Of a stretch of 64,000 nt of DNA, positions 30,490-44,449 are shown in pieces. Position 1 is the stretch's first letter. Every line of letters starts with the position of its first letter. Origin of the DNA: Acidobacteriota bacterium (lineage in GTDB: Bacteria > Acidobacteriota > UBA890 > WLXD01). The stretch covers positions 640,001-704,000 of the forward strand of contig CAXWPL010000002.1 of the NCBI GenBank assembly GCA_963666215.2, read 5' to 3'. The notes under the pieces were generated by a model that saw nothing but the letters and a program-made list of their open reading frames with translations, was not told the origin of the DNA and did no database searches. A program made the position numbers and the translations under genes.

Positions 30490-30954
30490 ATGCCCAAAGC
30501 AGGCCAGCTAAAAGAGACGCTGTCCCCGAAGATGCTCGCTCGCGCCTATACGGACCTTGGCGACAATCCGAGCGATCCAATACACCATGCTTTCGCCCGC
30601 CTCATCGCCGACGGCCAGGCCGCCTACAAAGCGTATGGCGCCACGCATCCTGCGGCTTCTCGAGCAACGTGCGAATCACAAGGCGCCGTCTGGACTGCTC
30701 ACCCGAAAATCAGAGCCCTCATAGCTCTTCATGGCACCGGTAGCCGCAACTTGCTCTTGGCAATGGCCCCTGAAGCAGTCAAGACCGTCTTTGAGCTCAT
30801 GACCAACGGCGAGTCTGAGAGAGTCAGGCTCCAAGCTGCCGACTCCATCCTCGACCGTGGTGGCGCCCCTCGTACCAAAGAGCTGGCAGTCTCTCGCGCT
30901 CAGGAGATGTGGGATGACTCCGACGCCCTAGTCATCGATATCACCTCAGAGTGA
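30490..30954 (+). CDS. Terminase small subunit-like protein (tentative)
   Basis: N-terminal HAFARLIADGQAAYKAY..ASRAT..HPKIRALI HTH-like segment and AVKTVFELM..ESERVRLQAADSILDRGG, resembling phage TerS; TGcTACGAT 6 nt upstream suggests a leaderless start. Confidence 0.55.
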   Translation: MPKAGQLKETLSPKMLARAYTDLGDNPSDPIHHAFARLIADGQAAYKAYGATHPAASRATCESQGAVWTAHPKIRALIALHGTGSRNLLLAMAPEAVKTVFELMTNGESERVRLQAADSILDRGGAPRTKELAVSRAQEMWDDSDALVIDITSE

Positions 30955-31954
30955 GCAGGGGCCGGCCGACTTCCTAGTGCGCTACCGCCGCTACACGGGC
31001 CTCTGACGGCTCTCTCTCAGACACGGGCCACACACACGCGCCCGTCAGTCAGTCTCCGGAGACAGCGGCGACCAGGCTCGTACCGCACATGACTCCTCCA
31101 GGCGAGCACACGCACCCATCTTGAAGGGGGTATGGGGCCGTCAGGAGTGCCGCCGGGCAGAAGGAATATTGCCGCATACAGCCCGTAGGCGAATCTCAGG
31201 AATCTGCTGAGGCTGCCAAGCGAGCCAGAATCCCCATGATGGGCTGACCTGCCCGCAAGGCCCCTCGATGGCCATGAGCCTCGGGGCCATCGGGGTCTAT
31301 GCCTTCCTCGAGAAGTGCTGTCTCGAGCAGCTCTCTACGGGACTCCTCCCGGGCCTTCCGGCGTCTTCTGGACTCCTGGAAGCACCCTCGCTCCTGCCGA
31401 CCAGCGTAGTCACCCTTACGCCTGCACTCCTTTGAGCAGTATCGACGCCGTTTGGCGTTCACGCTCCGGATGAGGCGTTCCTCAATGGTCACGTCGCCGC
31501 AAAACTCGCATCGAAGAAGTTGCTTCCCGAGGTTGAAGACAGAATCGATGAGACGGAACAGCCCGAATCCAGATCCGTCGATGATTAACGAGTTCAGCTC
31601 GTCCGCGAGAATTCCCGCCCGCTTCGGATGTGATTCCCGGATCGAATCGTAGCGTCGGACTGCCTCGGCTTGTTGCTCGGCGTACCAGCCCATGTACCGG
31701 AGCTGTTGGTCCGGCGACCTCTCTCTCCATGTGGAGGCCCAAGGCGGAGGCAGGCAGTTCCGGTTCTCGGATGTTGCGATCAAGTGGTCGAAGAGGGTCG
31801 TGACGTCGGCGTGTAGAGCTTCCACCTCCGCGGGCGTCGCGACGTGAGCGGCGAGGAACTTGGGTCTGGTGCGGGAACCCTCTCTGCCAACGTGGGGTGA
31901 GACGATGGAGGTTGGATAATTACTGAGGAAGAGGGCGAGGTCGGAGACACAAGA

Positions 31955-32446
31955 ATGTCGGAGTTGAGCAACAACGGTGCAGGAGACCACGAGGCCACCG
32001 GACGTCCGGTGCAGGGAGCCGGAGGCGACCGAAAGCGGACGTCGCGCGAGCCCGCGGTCCCGGCCCCCGACCCCCAGTTGGTCGAGCGATCACGGCGCCG
32101 CAAGTTCACCGCCGAGTACAAGGTCCGGGTGGTGCGCGAGGCGGACGGGTGCTCGAAGCCCGGCGAGGTCGGCGCGCTGCTGCGGCGCGAGGGGCTGTAC
32201 TCGTCGCATCTGTCGGTGTGGCGCAAGCAGCGTGACGCCGGGGCATTGGTGGCGCTGGCTAAGCTACGCGGCCGGCCGGCGCCCGATCCCCGAGACGCGC
32301 AGCTTGCCAACCTGCGTCGCCGAGCCGAGCGGGCCGAGGCGGAGCTCGAGAAGGCACGGCGAGTAATCGAGGTGCAGGGAAACGTCTCCGCGCTTCTGGG
32401 AGAGCTGCTCGAGCCCAGGGGCGCCAACGCGACTACCAAGCGATGA
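31955..32446 (+). CDS. IS3-family transposase OrfA
   Basis: RRKFTAEYKVRVV...GALLRREGLYSSHLSVWRKQ HTH plus leucine zipper. Confidence 0.92.
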   Translation: MSELSNNGAGDHEATGRPVQGAGGDRKRTSREPAVPAPDPQLVERSRRRKFTAEYKVRVVREADGCSKPGEVGALLRREGLYSSHLSVWRKQRDAGALVALAKLRGRPAPDPRDAQLANLRRRAERAEAELEKARRVIEVQGNVSALLGELLEPRGANATTKR

Positions 32447-33447
32447 TCGAGCAGACCGTCGAACAACTCACTCCCATCATCGGGACTCGCCCGGCGTGCC
32501 GGACGCTGGGCGCCTCGCACGCGACGATCTACCGCCGCCGTCGGCCGCCTGCGCGCCGACCGAGCCGTCCGCGGCCCAAGCCGGCGAGGGCGCTGTCGGA
32601 GCCTGAACGTCACGAGGTGCTCGCCGAGTTGCATAGTGAGCGCTTCGTCGACTGCGCTCCTGCCCAGGTATGGGCGACGCTGCTGGACGAAGGCCGCTAC
32701 CTGGCATCGGAGCGCACGATGTACCGGATCCTCGCCGCCCAGGGCGAGGGCGGCGAGCGGCGCAACCAGCTCGTGCACCCGCCCTACAACAAGCCCGAGC
32801 TGCTCGCCGAGCGAGTCAATGAGGTGTGGTCGTGGGACATATCCAAACTGCGAGGCCCTGCCAAGTGGACCTACTTCTACCTGTACGTCATCCTCGACGT
32901 GTTCAGCCGCTACGTGGTGGGCTGGACTCTCCAGCACCGCGAGAGCGGTCCCTTGGCCGAGCAGCTCATCGACCAGGCGCTGCTCCAGCAACGCATCGGA
33001 CCTGATCAGCTCACCATCCACGCCGACCGCGGCAGCTCGATGACCTCCAAGCCGGTCGCCTTCCTGCTCGCCGATCTCGGGGTCACCAAGACACACTCGC
33101 GGCCCTACACCTCGTCGGACAATCCCTACTCGGAGGCCCACTTCAGGACGCTCAAGTACCGACCCGAGTTCCCTGCTCGCTTCGAGTCGATCGAACACGC
33201 CCGTCTCTTTTGCCGCATGTTCTTCCACTGGTACAACCACCAGCATCGCCACTCGGGCATCGGCCTGATGACTCCGGCGACGGTGCAGGACGGGCTCGCC
33301 CAGCAGACCCGCGACCGGCGTGCCGAAGTCCTGCTGGCCGCCTACCGGGCGCGACCTGAGCGCTTCGTCAACCACCCGCCCCGACCGCCGGCGATCCCCA
33401 CCGCCGTCTGGATCAACAAGCCTGCCACCCTCGAGAATGCTCACTAA
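32443..33447 (+). CDS. IS3-family transposase OrfB (DDE)
   Basis: WSWDISKL, LDVFSRYVVGW, IHADRGSSM, DNPYSEAHFRTLK, YNHQHRHSGIG. Confidence 0.95.
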   Translation: MIEQTVEQLTPIIGTRPACRTLGASHATIYRRRRPPARRPSRPRPKPARALSEPERHEVLAELHSERFVDCAPAQVWATLLDEGRYLASERTMYRILAAQGEGGERRNQLVHPPYNKPELLAERVNEVWSWDISKLRGPAKWTYFYLYVILDVFSRYVVGWTLQHRESGPLAEQLIDQALLQQRIGPDQLTIHADRGSSMTSKPVAFLLADLGVTKTHSRPYTSSDNPYSEAHFRTLKYRPEFPARFESIEHARLFCRMFFHWYNHQHRHSGIGLMTPATVQDGLAQQTRDRRAEVLLAAYRARPERFVNHPPRPPAIPTAVWINKPATLENAH

Positions 33448-33722
33448 TTACTCGTGACCACCGTCTCATCCGCGTTGACAGGCACCGGAACGCCGGACGA
33501 TGGCTTCGTGACGCACGAAGGCATCGTCCGGAGTGCCGTTTACGAAGGCCAGGAGCTCGGTGACGCCCAGCGCGTTAGTTAGCAGTCGATGTTTCATGTC
33601 ACGAATAGAGTTGAGAATGAGCTAGTCCTTACGTGTCAGCAGGTTAGTGGCAGCGTCGGTAGCGGTCAAGGTACCGTCACCAGGACAGTTCGCCCCCGCA
33701 ACCGCTCCGCAGAGGAGAGCCA

Positions 33723-33926
33723 ATGAACTTCATGCCTGTCCGCCACAAGCGCCTCGAAGAGGGTCTATCCGTGGCTGCAGTCGCCCAGACCGCCAGACGC
33801 TCGATGGGCTGGGTCTACGCGCTCGAGAGGGGCGTGCTCACACCCGGCCGAACGGAGGCGGAAGCCATCGCCCGGCTACTGGATACCGAGATAGATGCCC
33901 TCTTTCCTCGCGTACGCGACGAGTGA
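33723..33926 (+). CDS. XRE/Cro-like HTH protein
   Basis: RLEEGLSVAAVAQ..RSMGWVYALERG..P..EAEAIARLLDTEIDALF; SD GAGGAG. Confidence 0.85.
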   Translation: MNFMPVRHKRLEEGLSVAAVAQTARRSMGWVYALERGVLTPGRTEAEAIARLLDTEIDALFPRVRDE

Positions 33927-34032
33927 ACCCGGTGAGTAATGCCCTCCGCGGCGGAGACTCGTGTCCACCTGAAGCGCAGCGAACGAGACACCGACCAGCG
34001 GCGTGTAGCGCAGCACAAGGACGGCTAGTGAG

Positions 34033-34866
34033 GTGAGCAAGGGCGATCCGAAGGTGTTCATGCCCCTGTACATCGGCGACTACCTGCGCGACACGGGACA
34101 TCTCACGACCGAAGAGCACGGCGCGTACTTGTTGTTGCTCTTCCAGATGTGGGTGCGCCGCGGCAGGCTGCCGAGCTCTCCCACCCGGCTCGCCAATCTG
34201 GCCCGTGTCCCGACCGACCGCTGGGCAGAGGTTTGGGACGGAATCTCGGAGTTCTTCGACGACGACGGCGAGCGGATCTCGCAGCGTCGGCTGACGTGTG
34301 AGCTCGAGATCGCCCGCGACCAGAAACGGCGCCGGCACAGGCAGGCGAAGCGGGCCGCAGACGGACGCTGGAGAAAGTCCCGAGATGATGCCGGTAGCAA
34401 TGCTGCCAGCATGCCGGGAGCATCCTCGGAGCATGCTGGGAGCAATGCAGGAGCATTGCCGGAGCTATGCCCTTCACCTGCACCTTCACCTGCACCTTCA
34501 CCTGCACCTTCACCTGCACCAGACGACGTCGTCGATGTAGCCCGCGCACGCGAGGCTGTTATCGGAGGCGGAGGCCTCGAGGAGGTGGCTGGGGAGTGTG
34601 AGGTGATCGGCGATCTCAACCACCTCGCTGGGACGGAATGGGCGCGCGGCCCAGCAACGCGGTACCTCCGCGAGCGGCTACTCGACGGCTTCACGGTCGA
34701 GCAGTGTTGCCGGGCGCTCAGAGAAGCCCGCGAGCGTGGGATGGACTTACACCCGAAGCGGATTTTCTCGCAATCCGTTTTTCCCGCGCTTCTGGCGCCG
34801 GCGTCGAAGCGCAAGGCAGCCGACCCTGACGGTATCGGCCTCGTCAACGCGGAGTGGATCGGATGA
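34033..34866 (+). CDS. DUF1376/YdaU-type phage replication initiator-like protein
   Basis: FMPLYIGDYLRDTGHLTTEEHGAYLLLL..W...ISQRRL; upstream of a DnaC-like ATPase. Confidence 0.88.
   Translation: MSKGDPKVFMPLYIGDYLRDTGHLTTEEHGAYLLLLFQMWVRRGRLPSSPTRLANLARVPTDRWAEVWDGISEFFDDDGERISQRRLTCELEIARDQKRRRHRQAKRAADGRWRKSRDDAGSNAASMPGASSEHAGSNAGALPELCPSPAPSPAPSPAPSPAPDDVVDVARAREAVIGGGGLEEVAGECEVIGDLNHLAGTEWARGPATRYLRERLLDGFTVEQCCRALREARERGMDLHPKRIFSQSVFPALLAPASKRKAADPDGIGLVNAEWIG
34396..34518 (+). repeat. Iteron-like AGCA(A)TGC x7 at ~11-bp spacing, then (CCTTCACCTGCA)x4
   Basis: Units start at 34396, 34408, 34419, 34430, 34441, 34452 and 34463; exact 12-bp tandem at 34471-34518. Confidence 0.85.
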
Positions 34867-35533
34867 TGCCGACACAGAATTGCGGGAGCTGCTTCGAGGG
34901 CTGGGTCTACGTCGGAGAGAGGCTCGTCGATCGTTGCTCATGTCAGTCTGGGCACAGAATCGACACGCTGCTTGAACACGCAAACATCCGGCTCGATACG
35001 CGGAGGCATCGTTCGACAACTTCGACGGAGGTCGGAACCTCGAGACCGCGGAAGCGCTGAGGGTCTGTCGGGATTTCGCCGACCGGCTCCTCGACGGATC
35101 GGGGGGTGGGCTCCTGCTCGTCGGCCCGCCGGGAACCGGCAAGACCCATCTGGCCGTAGCGACTCTGCGCCGAGTGATCGGCGGGGGCCTGCGAGGAACG
35201 TTCTGGGACACGCAACACTTGCTGGGCTCGGTGAAGGCGACGTTCGGGCCCGAAACGGAGGACAGCGAAACCAAGCTCCTGGCGCCGATCGCCGAGTCCG
35301 AGCTGCTCGTGCTCGACGATCTCGGCAAAGAGCGCGGGACTGATTGGAGCCGGTCGACACTCGGCGCGGTGATCAACGAGCGCTACAACCGGAGCCGACC
35401 GACGGTGATCACTAGCAACTACTCGGCGAGCCTAGCCGAGCACGTCGGTGCGCGGATCGACAGCCGCATCTCCGAGATGTGTGTGGAAGTCCGATTGGCC
35501 GCGGAAGACTACCGAAAGCGCGACCGGCCCTGA
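34863..35533 (+). pseudogene. DnaC/IstB-like AAA+ helicase loader, frameshifted near 34988
   Basis: CGSC..GW..RCSC; after restoring one base ANIPARYAEASFDNF; GLLLVGPPGTGKTHLA; LLVLDDLGKE; INERYNRSRPTVITSN; RIDSRISEM. Confidence 0.88.
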
Positions 35534-35775
35534 TGCACTACCCCGCCCCGCAGCCCAGCGAGCTCGCGGAGGTGGCGCGCCTCTACCCCGACACTGACCA
35601 ACCAATACCTGCGCTCTGGACAGTCACAGAGGTCGCCGAGTTTCTCGGCATCCACCAAAAGACCGTAGAGAAGATGGCTGTGCGCAACGAGATCCCCGGC
35701 CACATGGTCCGCAGCCGCCGAAGGGTCTATCCTCCCGAGATTCTGGCGTGGCTTCTGGAGCAACCCGGAGGGTGA
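35533..35775 (+). CDS. Excisionase-like HTH_17 protein
   Basis: LWTVTEVAEFLGIHQKTV..MAVRNEIP..VRSRRRV...ILAWL; overlaps the integrase start. Confidence 0.85.
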   Translation: MHYPAPQPSELAEVARLYPDTDQPIPALWTVTEVAEFLGIHQKTVEKMAVRNEIPGHMVRSRRRVYPPEILAWLLEQPGG

Positions 35776-36877
35776 CGGTGACGAAGAGCAAGAGGCTGAA
35801 GGGCGTTCACTACCGCAGCGAGCGAGACCGCTGGTTCGCCGAGCGCACCTTCAAGGGATACCGCCATCGAGCCCCTCTGCGCGAGACGCAATGGGAAGCC
35901 TACGAGGACCGCATCGCAATGGACCGTGCCGTGCGCGAGGGCACGTTCATGCAGCTCTACGGCCCGCACCCCATCGCCTCGCTCGAAGAAGCCGTCGTCG
36001 ATTACCTCGAGTGGTGCGCCACTGGCAAGGCAACGCCGAACGCCCCGAAAACGATCCAATGCAAGGGCCGCCACCTACGAACGATCGGCGAGCTACTCAA
36101 CAAGCGGCCCGACCAGATCGTCGAGTTCGATCTGCTGAAGATCCGCAAGTCGCTCCGGCGCCGCATGGCCGGCCCCACGGTCAACCGGCACATGGCCACG
36201 CTGTCGGACATGATGCGCTACCTACGGCGGCACAACGTCATCCTCGCCAGCCCGTGCGTCGGCATCGAGCGCTACCAGGAGACGGAGCAGACCCGCACCG
36301 CACCCAACGACGTCGATGTCGATAGCCTCGTCGCCTCGTGTGGAGCCGCTCCCCTGCCCTGGATGGGCGTGCTCATCACGCTCCTGTTCGACACGGGCGT
36401 GCGCGTCAACGAGGCGCTCAGAGCCAGGCAGGCTGCGTCGACTTCTCATGGGGTCCGCACGGCCTGATCCATCCACCGCCCAGCAAGCGCGGCCGGGACA
36501 TCGGGATCCCGCTGCTGCCCCGTCTACGCGCCGTGCTCGAGCAGCATCTCAGCAAGACTCCAGGCCCGTACCTGTTCCCGCACCCCGATGACGCCGGACG
36601 ACCGTGTGACTACAACCGGGTTCGGCGGAGCTGGTGCAAGGTCCGAGAGGCGGCGGGCCTTCCGGGGCTCTGGATCCACGACCTGAGAGCCGGCGCAGCA
36701 ACGGAGCTCGGCGCCGCCGGGGCAGGCTCGATCGAGGTGCAGACCTTCCTCCGCCAGAAGACGCCTTGGGCCACGCCCAGATACACGCGAACCGAGGGAA
36801 AACACCTCCTGGCAGCCATCGAAAGGCGACACCAGGCGCCATCGATTACGCATATTCGGGGCGCGAAAAAGAAGTGA
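35772..36877 (+). pseudogene. Tyrosine recombinase/integrase, frameshifted near 36430
   Basis: TVNRHMATLS, DTGVRVNEAL; second frame SKRGR..IPL, YLFP, WIHDLR, FLRQKT..TPRYT. Confidence 0.9.
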
Positions 36878-36944
36878 TTCGCTACCCAAATCGCTACCCG
36901 TCTTTCGCTGAGATCGGCGGCGAACGCGGCGCAAGACGCGCCGT

Positions 36945-37003
36945 TACAATCACCTACTGGGGTTGCCCAGGTGGCGGAACCGGCAGACGCGGCGGACTTA
37001 AAA
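36945..37003 (+). repeat. attR: 59-bp direct repeat
   Basis: Matches 20580-20638 with one mismatch. Confidence 0.95.
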
Positions 37004-37046
37004 TCCGCTTCCCTCGGGAGTGCGAGTTCAAGTCTCGCCCTGGGCA
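36965..37046 (+). tRNA. tRNA-Leu (anticodon TAA), CCA not encoded
   Basis: Acceptor gcccagg/cctgggc; anticodon arm gcgga-cttaaaa-tccgc; long variable arm ttccc-tc-gggag; T-arm gcgag-ttcaagt-ctcgc. Confidence 0.97.
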
Positions 37047-37078
37047 CTGGCCGAACGAGCCTTCGACAGGAAGCAGCA

Positions 37079-37890
37079 ATGACCCACGCCGGAGCTTCTA
37101 TCGTTCTTTGGCAACCGCGCGCGCGGCATGTCATAGCGACGACTTTGCTACTGATCCTGATGGGCACGGCAGCGGGTGCAATGGCGCAGGCGGCCGGCCC
37201 CATCAATACGGACCGCCCCGGGTTCACCGAGACCGCTCACATCATTGGCGTGGGAACCTTTCAGCTCGAATTCGGGTACACGATCGATCGCGAGGACGGA
37301 TCCACGCTGCACAACGTCGGTGAGGGTGTGTGCGCTACGGCCTGAACGAACGGGTGGAGTTGCGCGTGGGCCTGCCGTCGTACGCCTGGTACCAGGGCCG
37401 CGCCAGCGGCTCGGGCGCGGGTGACCCGTGGCTCGGATTCAAGGTTCGGGTTGTGGACGGAGATCCGGGGATGGGCATCGATCGACCCGACATCGCGGTC
37501 GAAACCTTCTTCACGGTGCCGGCCGGGGGCTCGTTCGGCTCCGACGAGGTCACGCCGAACATCTACTTGATTTACGCATGGAATCTGAGCGAGACGATGG
37601 TGCTGGCGGGTAACGTTTTCTACGCCAACCTGGTTGCCGGTGACGAGCGTTTTTCGCAGTACGTGGCGAGCCTGTCGGTCACACAGGCGTTGAGCTCGGA
37701 GATCGCGGCCTACTACGAGTACTTTCGGTATTTCGGAGACGACTTCGCTTCGCAGCGTAATGTCGTCAACGGCGGTTTGAGCTTCACGCTGACTCCCGAT
37801 TTCGCGGTCGACAGCATCGTCGGCCTCGGCTTTGACGACGCCGACGGTTCCGAGGTGTTCGTGCGCCTCGGCGGCAACGTCCGCTGGTGA
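37079..37890 (+). pseudogene. MetA-pathway-of-phenol-degradation-type outer membrane beta-barrel, frameshifted near 37327
   Basis: INTDRPGFTETAHIIGVGTFQLEFGY, then frame change to RYGLNERVELRV...GDPWLGFK...; C-terminal W. Confidence 0.75.
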
Positions 37891-37918
37891 CTCTGGTAAC
37901 GACGACGGAAGAACGGCC

Positions 37919-41713
<3,795 letters not shown>

Positions 41714-41770
41714 CGGACTGAGCTCCGGCAACTGTCCGGAGTCGTGCCCGGTGGCCCGGATCCATTCGGG

Positions 41771-44449
41771 TCAATCCGAACGCAGAGCCACAACCGGATC
41801 GATACGCGTCGCGCGGCGGGCCGGCAACCAGCAGGCGAGCAGGGCCACAGCTACCAGGATCGCGATCACGATCAGCGGCGCGGCAAGCGACGGGCTGTCA
41901 CCGGCGAAGCTGGCCAGCATAGCTGCCAGCGCGAACGTCAGTAGCGCTCCGATCAGCGCCCCCGAGGCCGCCAGGGTGGCGCCGCGGCGTACAACAAGGG
42001 CAACCACCTGCCCGGCGCGGGCGCCGAGAGCCATGCGCACGCCCAGCTCTCGTGTGCGCTGGTTGATGGCCAGTGCCACGACGCCATAAACACCGATGGC
42101 CGCCAGCAGGAGGGCAAAGCCGCCGAAAGCCGCCAGGATCAGCGATGCAACCTGCACCGGCTGCGTGGCGGCGGCCGTGACGTCGGTCATCGGGCGCACG
42201 TTGTCGATCACCAGATTCGGATCGAGGCTTGCCAGAACGCCACGCACCGATCCCGCGATTGCCGCCGGCTGGCCAGATGTTCGGACCGCCAGAAAGACCC
42301 GCCGCGGGATGCGGCTTGCGAGCGGGAAGAAGATCTGCGGCTCGGGTCCGTTGAGCATGAGCCCGCCGACGCTGTCTTCGACCACTCCTACAACGGTCGC
42401 GGCGTAGGGCCCCTCGGATCCATCCAGCATGAGTGTCCGGCCGACCGCATCGGTCTCGCCGTCGGGCCACAGGCGTCGCGCCAACATCCCGTTCATCACC
42501 ACGGCGGGGGCGGAGTCCCCGCGATCGCGAGTGTCGAACGATCGACCGGCGCGCAGGGAGATGTCCATCGCTTCGAAGTAGGCGGGCGATACAATCGTCG
42601 AGCCGGCGAAGCGCTTGGCACGCGACTCACCTTTCCCCGCCAGCTCCAACGCTTCGCCCGGCAACGCGTACGCCACAGAGCTGCTCTCGAAGTTCATCGG
42701 CAACATGTTGATCAGCCCCGCGGCATCAACCGCCGGTAGCGCGCTTGTCCGCGCCACGAGCTCGTCGAAGAACACGACACGAGTGTCGGCCGAGGAGTAG
42801 TCCCCCGACGGCAGAGCGACCTCCAGGGTGAGGACGCGTGTCGGGTCCAATCCGAGATCAACGCGGCGCATCTCACCGAAGGCCTGTGCCGCCAGCACCG
42901 CACCGCCGCACAGCACGGTTGCCAGAGTGATCTGCACGAACACCAGCGAGCTGCCGAATCTGCTCGCCTGGGCGCCGCCGTCGCCGGCACACGCCTTGAG
43001 CGCCGAGGTGAGCTCGGTATTCGCCGCACGGCGCACAGGTACGAGCCCGAAAACGACGGCAGTCGCCAGGGTCACGACGGCGGTGTAGAGAAGGGCCGAG
43101 CCGTCGACGCCGACGTCGCCCACGCGATAGAGCTCCGCCGGGAGAAAGGCGGAAAACGCCCCGGTTGTGAGGGAGGCCAGCCAGCTTCCCGGAATGGCCG
43201 CGGTGCCAGCCAACAGCAAGCTTTCGGTGAGCAACTGTCGGGCGATGCGCGACTGGCCGGCGCCGATTGCGGCGCGGATCGCCACCTCCCGTTGACGGTG
43301 ACCGGAGCGCGCCAGCATCAGGTTCGCCACATTGGCGCACACAATGAGCAGCACGAACGCCACGGCGGCGAGCAGTGTCAACATAAGCCCGCGGAAGATG
43401 TCATAGAAGAAGATCAACGCCTCGCGGATGGGCAGAACGCGCACTCCATAGCCGTCGTACACGCCCGGATGGGCCTCTTCGAGCCGCTCCTGCAACTGCA
43501 TCAGCTCGGTCGTGGCGGCGTCGATCCCGACTCCGGCCTGAAGTCGTCCCACCGTCAGAATTCCGCGAGATTCTCGGTCCCAGGATGCTGGGTCGAAAGC
43601 GGCTGGCTTCCACATGCGGACGGCCCCGAAGGGAAAGTTGAAGCCGGGCGGCATCACGCCAACGATGACGTGCTCGGCGCCATCGAGGACCACCGATCGT
43701 CCGACAACGTTCGGGTCGGCGCCAAGCGTTTCGCGCCAAACAGAGTCGGCAACGAGCAGCACGTTGGCGGCTCCGGGAACATCCTCGTCGATCGCGAAGT
43801 GGCGCCCGATCGCCGGATCAACGCCCAGCAAGGGAAAGAGATTTGCCGTTACCAGGCCTACGTCGAACCGGCGCGGCGCGCCATCGCCCACTCGCAACGC
43901 GGCATTGTCGTAGTAGTAGGCGCCTATGCTCTCGAAGCTGCGCGCTTGCGACTGCCAGTCACGGATCGTCGGCAGCGACTGGCGCTGCATGTCCCACCCC
44001 ACGCCATCAAGTTGTGGATAGGTTTCGAACATGTGGACCAGGCGGTCAGGCTCGGTGTAGGGCAGCGATCGAAACAGGAACGGGCTGACCACGCTGAAGA
44101 TCGCGGTATTCGCCCCAATGCCAAGGGCCAGCACCGTGACCACGGCGACGGTAAAACCCGGGCTGTGGCGTAGGCTGCGAACCGCGTAGCGGGCATCTTG
44201 GATCAGGCCCTTCATCCAGGAACCTCCGGTTGGCGAACGGACGAGAGCCGCTCGTGCGCGTCGTCGTGCGAGAGGCAGCAGCGACGAGCGTAGTTGCCCG
44301 TGTACCCATTTACGGGCCACTCGACTTCCCTGCTGGGCCGCGATCTCCGAGGCCTCCTCGTCGATATCGTCGTGCAGCGCCTGTCGATCCTCGGCGGCAA
44401 CCAGGAGCAGGACGAGACGTTTCCACAACGACGTGGCTTTCCTGGTCAT
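41771..44449 (-). CDS. ADOP-type duplicated ABC permease (MacB/FtsX-like x2)
   Basis: [69 protein letters not shown]. Confidence 0.93.
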   Translation of the reverse strand: MTRKATSLWKRLVLLLVAAEDRQALHDDIDEEASEIAAQQGSRVARKWVHGQLRSSLLPLARRRARAALVRSPTGGSWMKGLIQDARYAVRSLRHSPGFTVAVVTVLALGIGANTAIFSVVSPFLFRSLPYTEPDRLVHMFETYPQLDGVGWDMQRQSLPTIRDWQSQARSFESIGAYYYDNAALRVGDGAPRRFDVGLVTANLFPLLGVDPAIGRHFAIDEDVPGAANVLLVADSVWRETLGADPNVVGRSVVLDGAEHVIVGVMPPGFNFPFGAVRMWKPAAFDPASWDRESRGILTVGRLQAGVGIDAATTELMQLQERLEEAHPGVYDGYGVRVLPIREALIFFYDIFRGLMLTLLAAVAFVLLIVCANVANLMLARSGHRQREVAIRAAIGAGQSRIARQLLTESLLLAGTAAIPGSWLASLTTGAFSAFLPAELYRVGDVGVDGSALLYTAVVTLATAVVFGLVPVRRAANTELTSALKACAGDGGAQASRFGSSLVFVQITLATVLCGGAVLAAQAFGEMRRVDLGLDPTRVLTLEVALPSGDYSSADTRVVFFDELVARTSALPAVDAAGLINMLPMNFESSSVAYALPGEALELAGKGESRAKRFAGSTIVSPAYFEAMDISLRAGRSFDTRDRGDSAPAVVMNGMLARRLWPDGETDAVGRTLMLDGSEGPYAATVVGVVEDSVGGLMLNGPEPQIFFPLASRIPRRVFLAVRTSGQPAAIAGSVRGVLASLDPNLVIDNVRPMTDVTAAATQPVQVASLILAAFGGFALLLAAIGVYGVVALAINQRTRELGVRMALGARAGQVVALVVRRGATLAASGALIGALLTFALAAMLASFAGDSPSLAAPLIVIAILVAVALLACWLPARRATRIDPVVALRSD

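Larger units (their letters stand above)
31885..33480 (+). mobile_element. IS3-family insertion sequence
   Basis: TG...CA ends; inverted repeats tgccaacgtggggtgagacgatgg...taatta / taatta...ccaccgtctcatccgcgttgaca; no target duplication seen. Confidence 0.9.
31196..33597 (-). pseudogene. ABATE/CGNR-type zinc-finger protein split by IS3
   Basis: N-terminus 33597-33481 (MKHRLLTNALGVTELLAFVNG...); C-terminus 31884-31196 with LLRCEFCG...KRRRYCSKECR. Confidence 0.6.
20580..37003. mobile_element. ~16.4 kb integrated element (satellite-like / defective prophage) in tRNA-Leu(TAA)
   Basis: Bounded by 59-bp direct repeats; tyrosine integrase adjacent to the right repeat; Xis, replication and TerS-like genes; no capsid or tail genes recognised. 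Confidence 0.92.
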
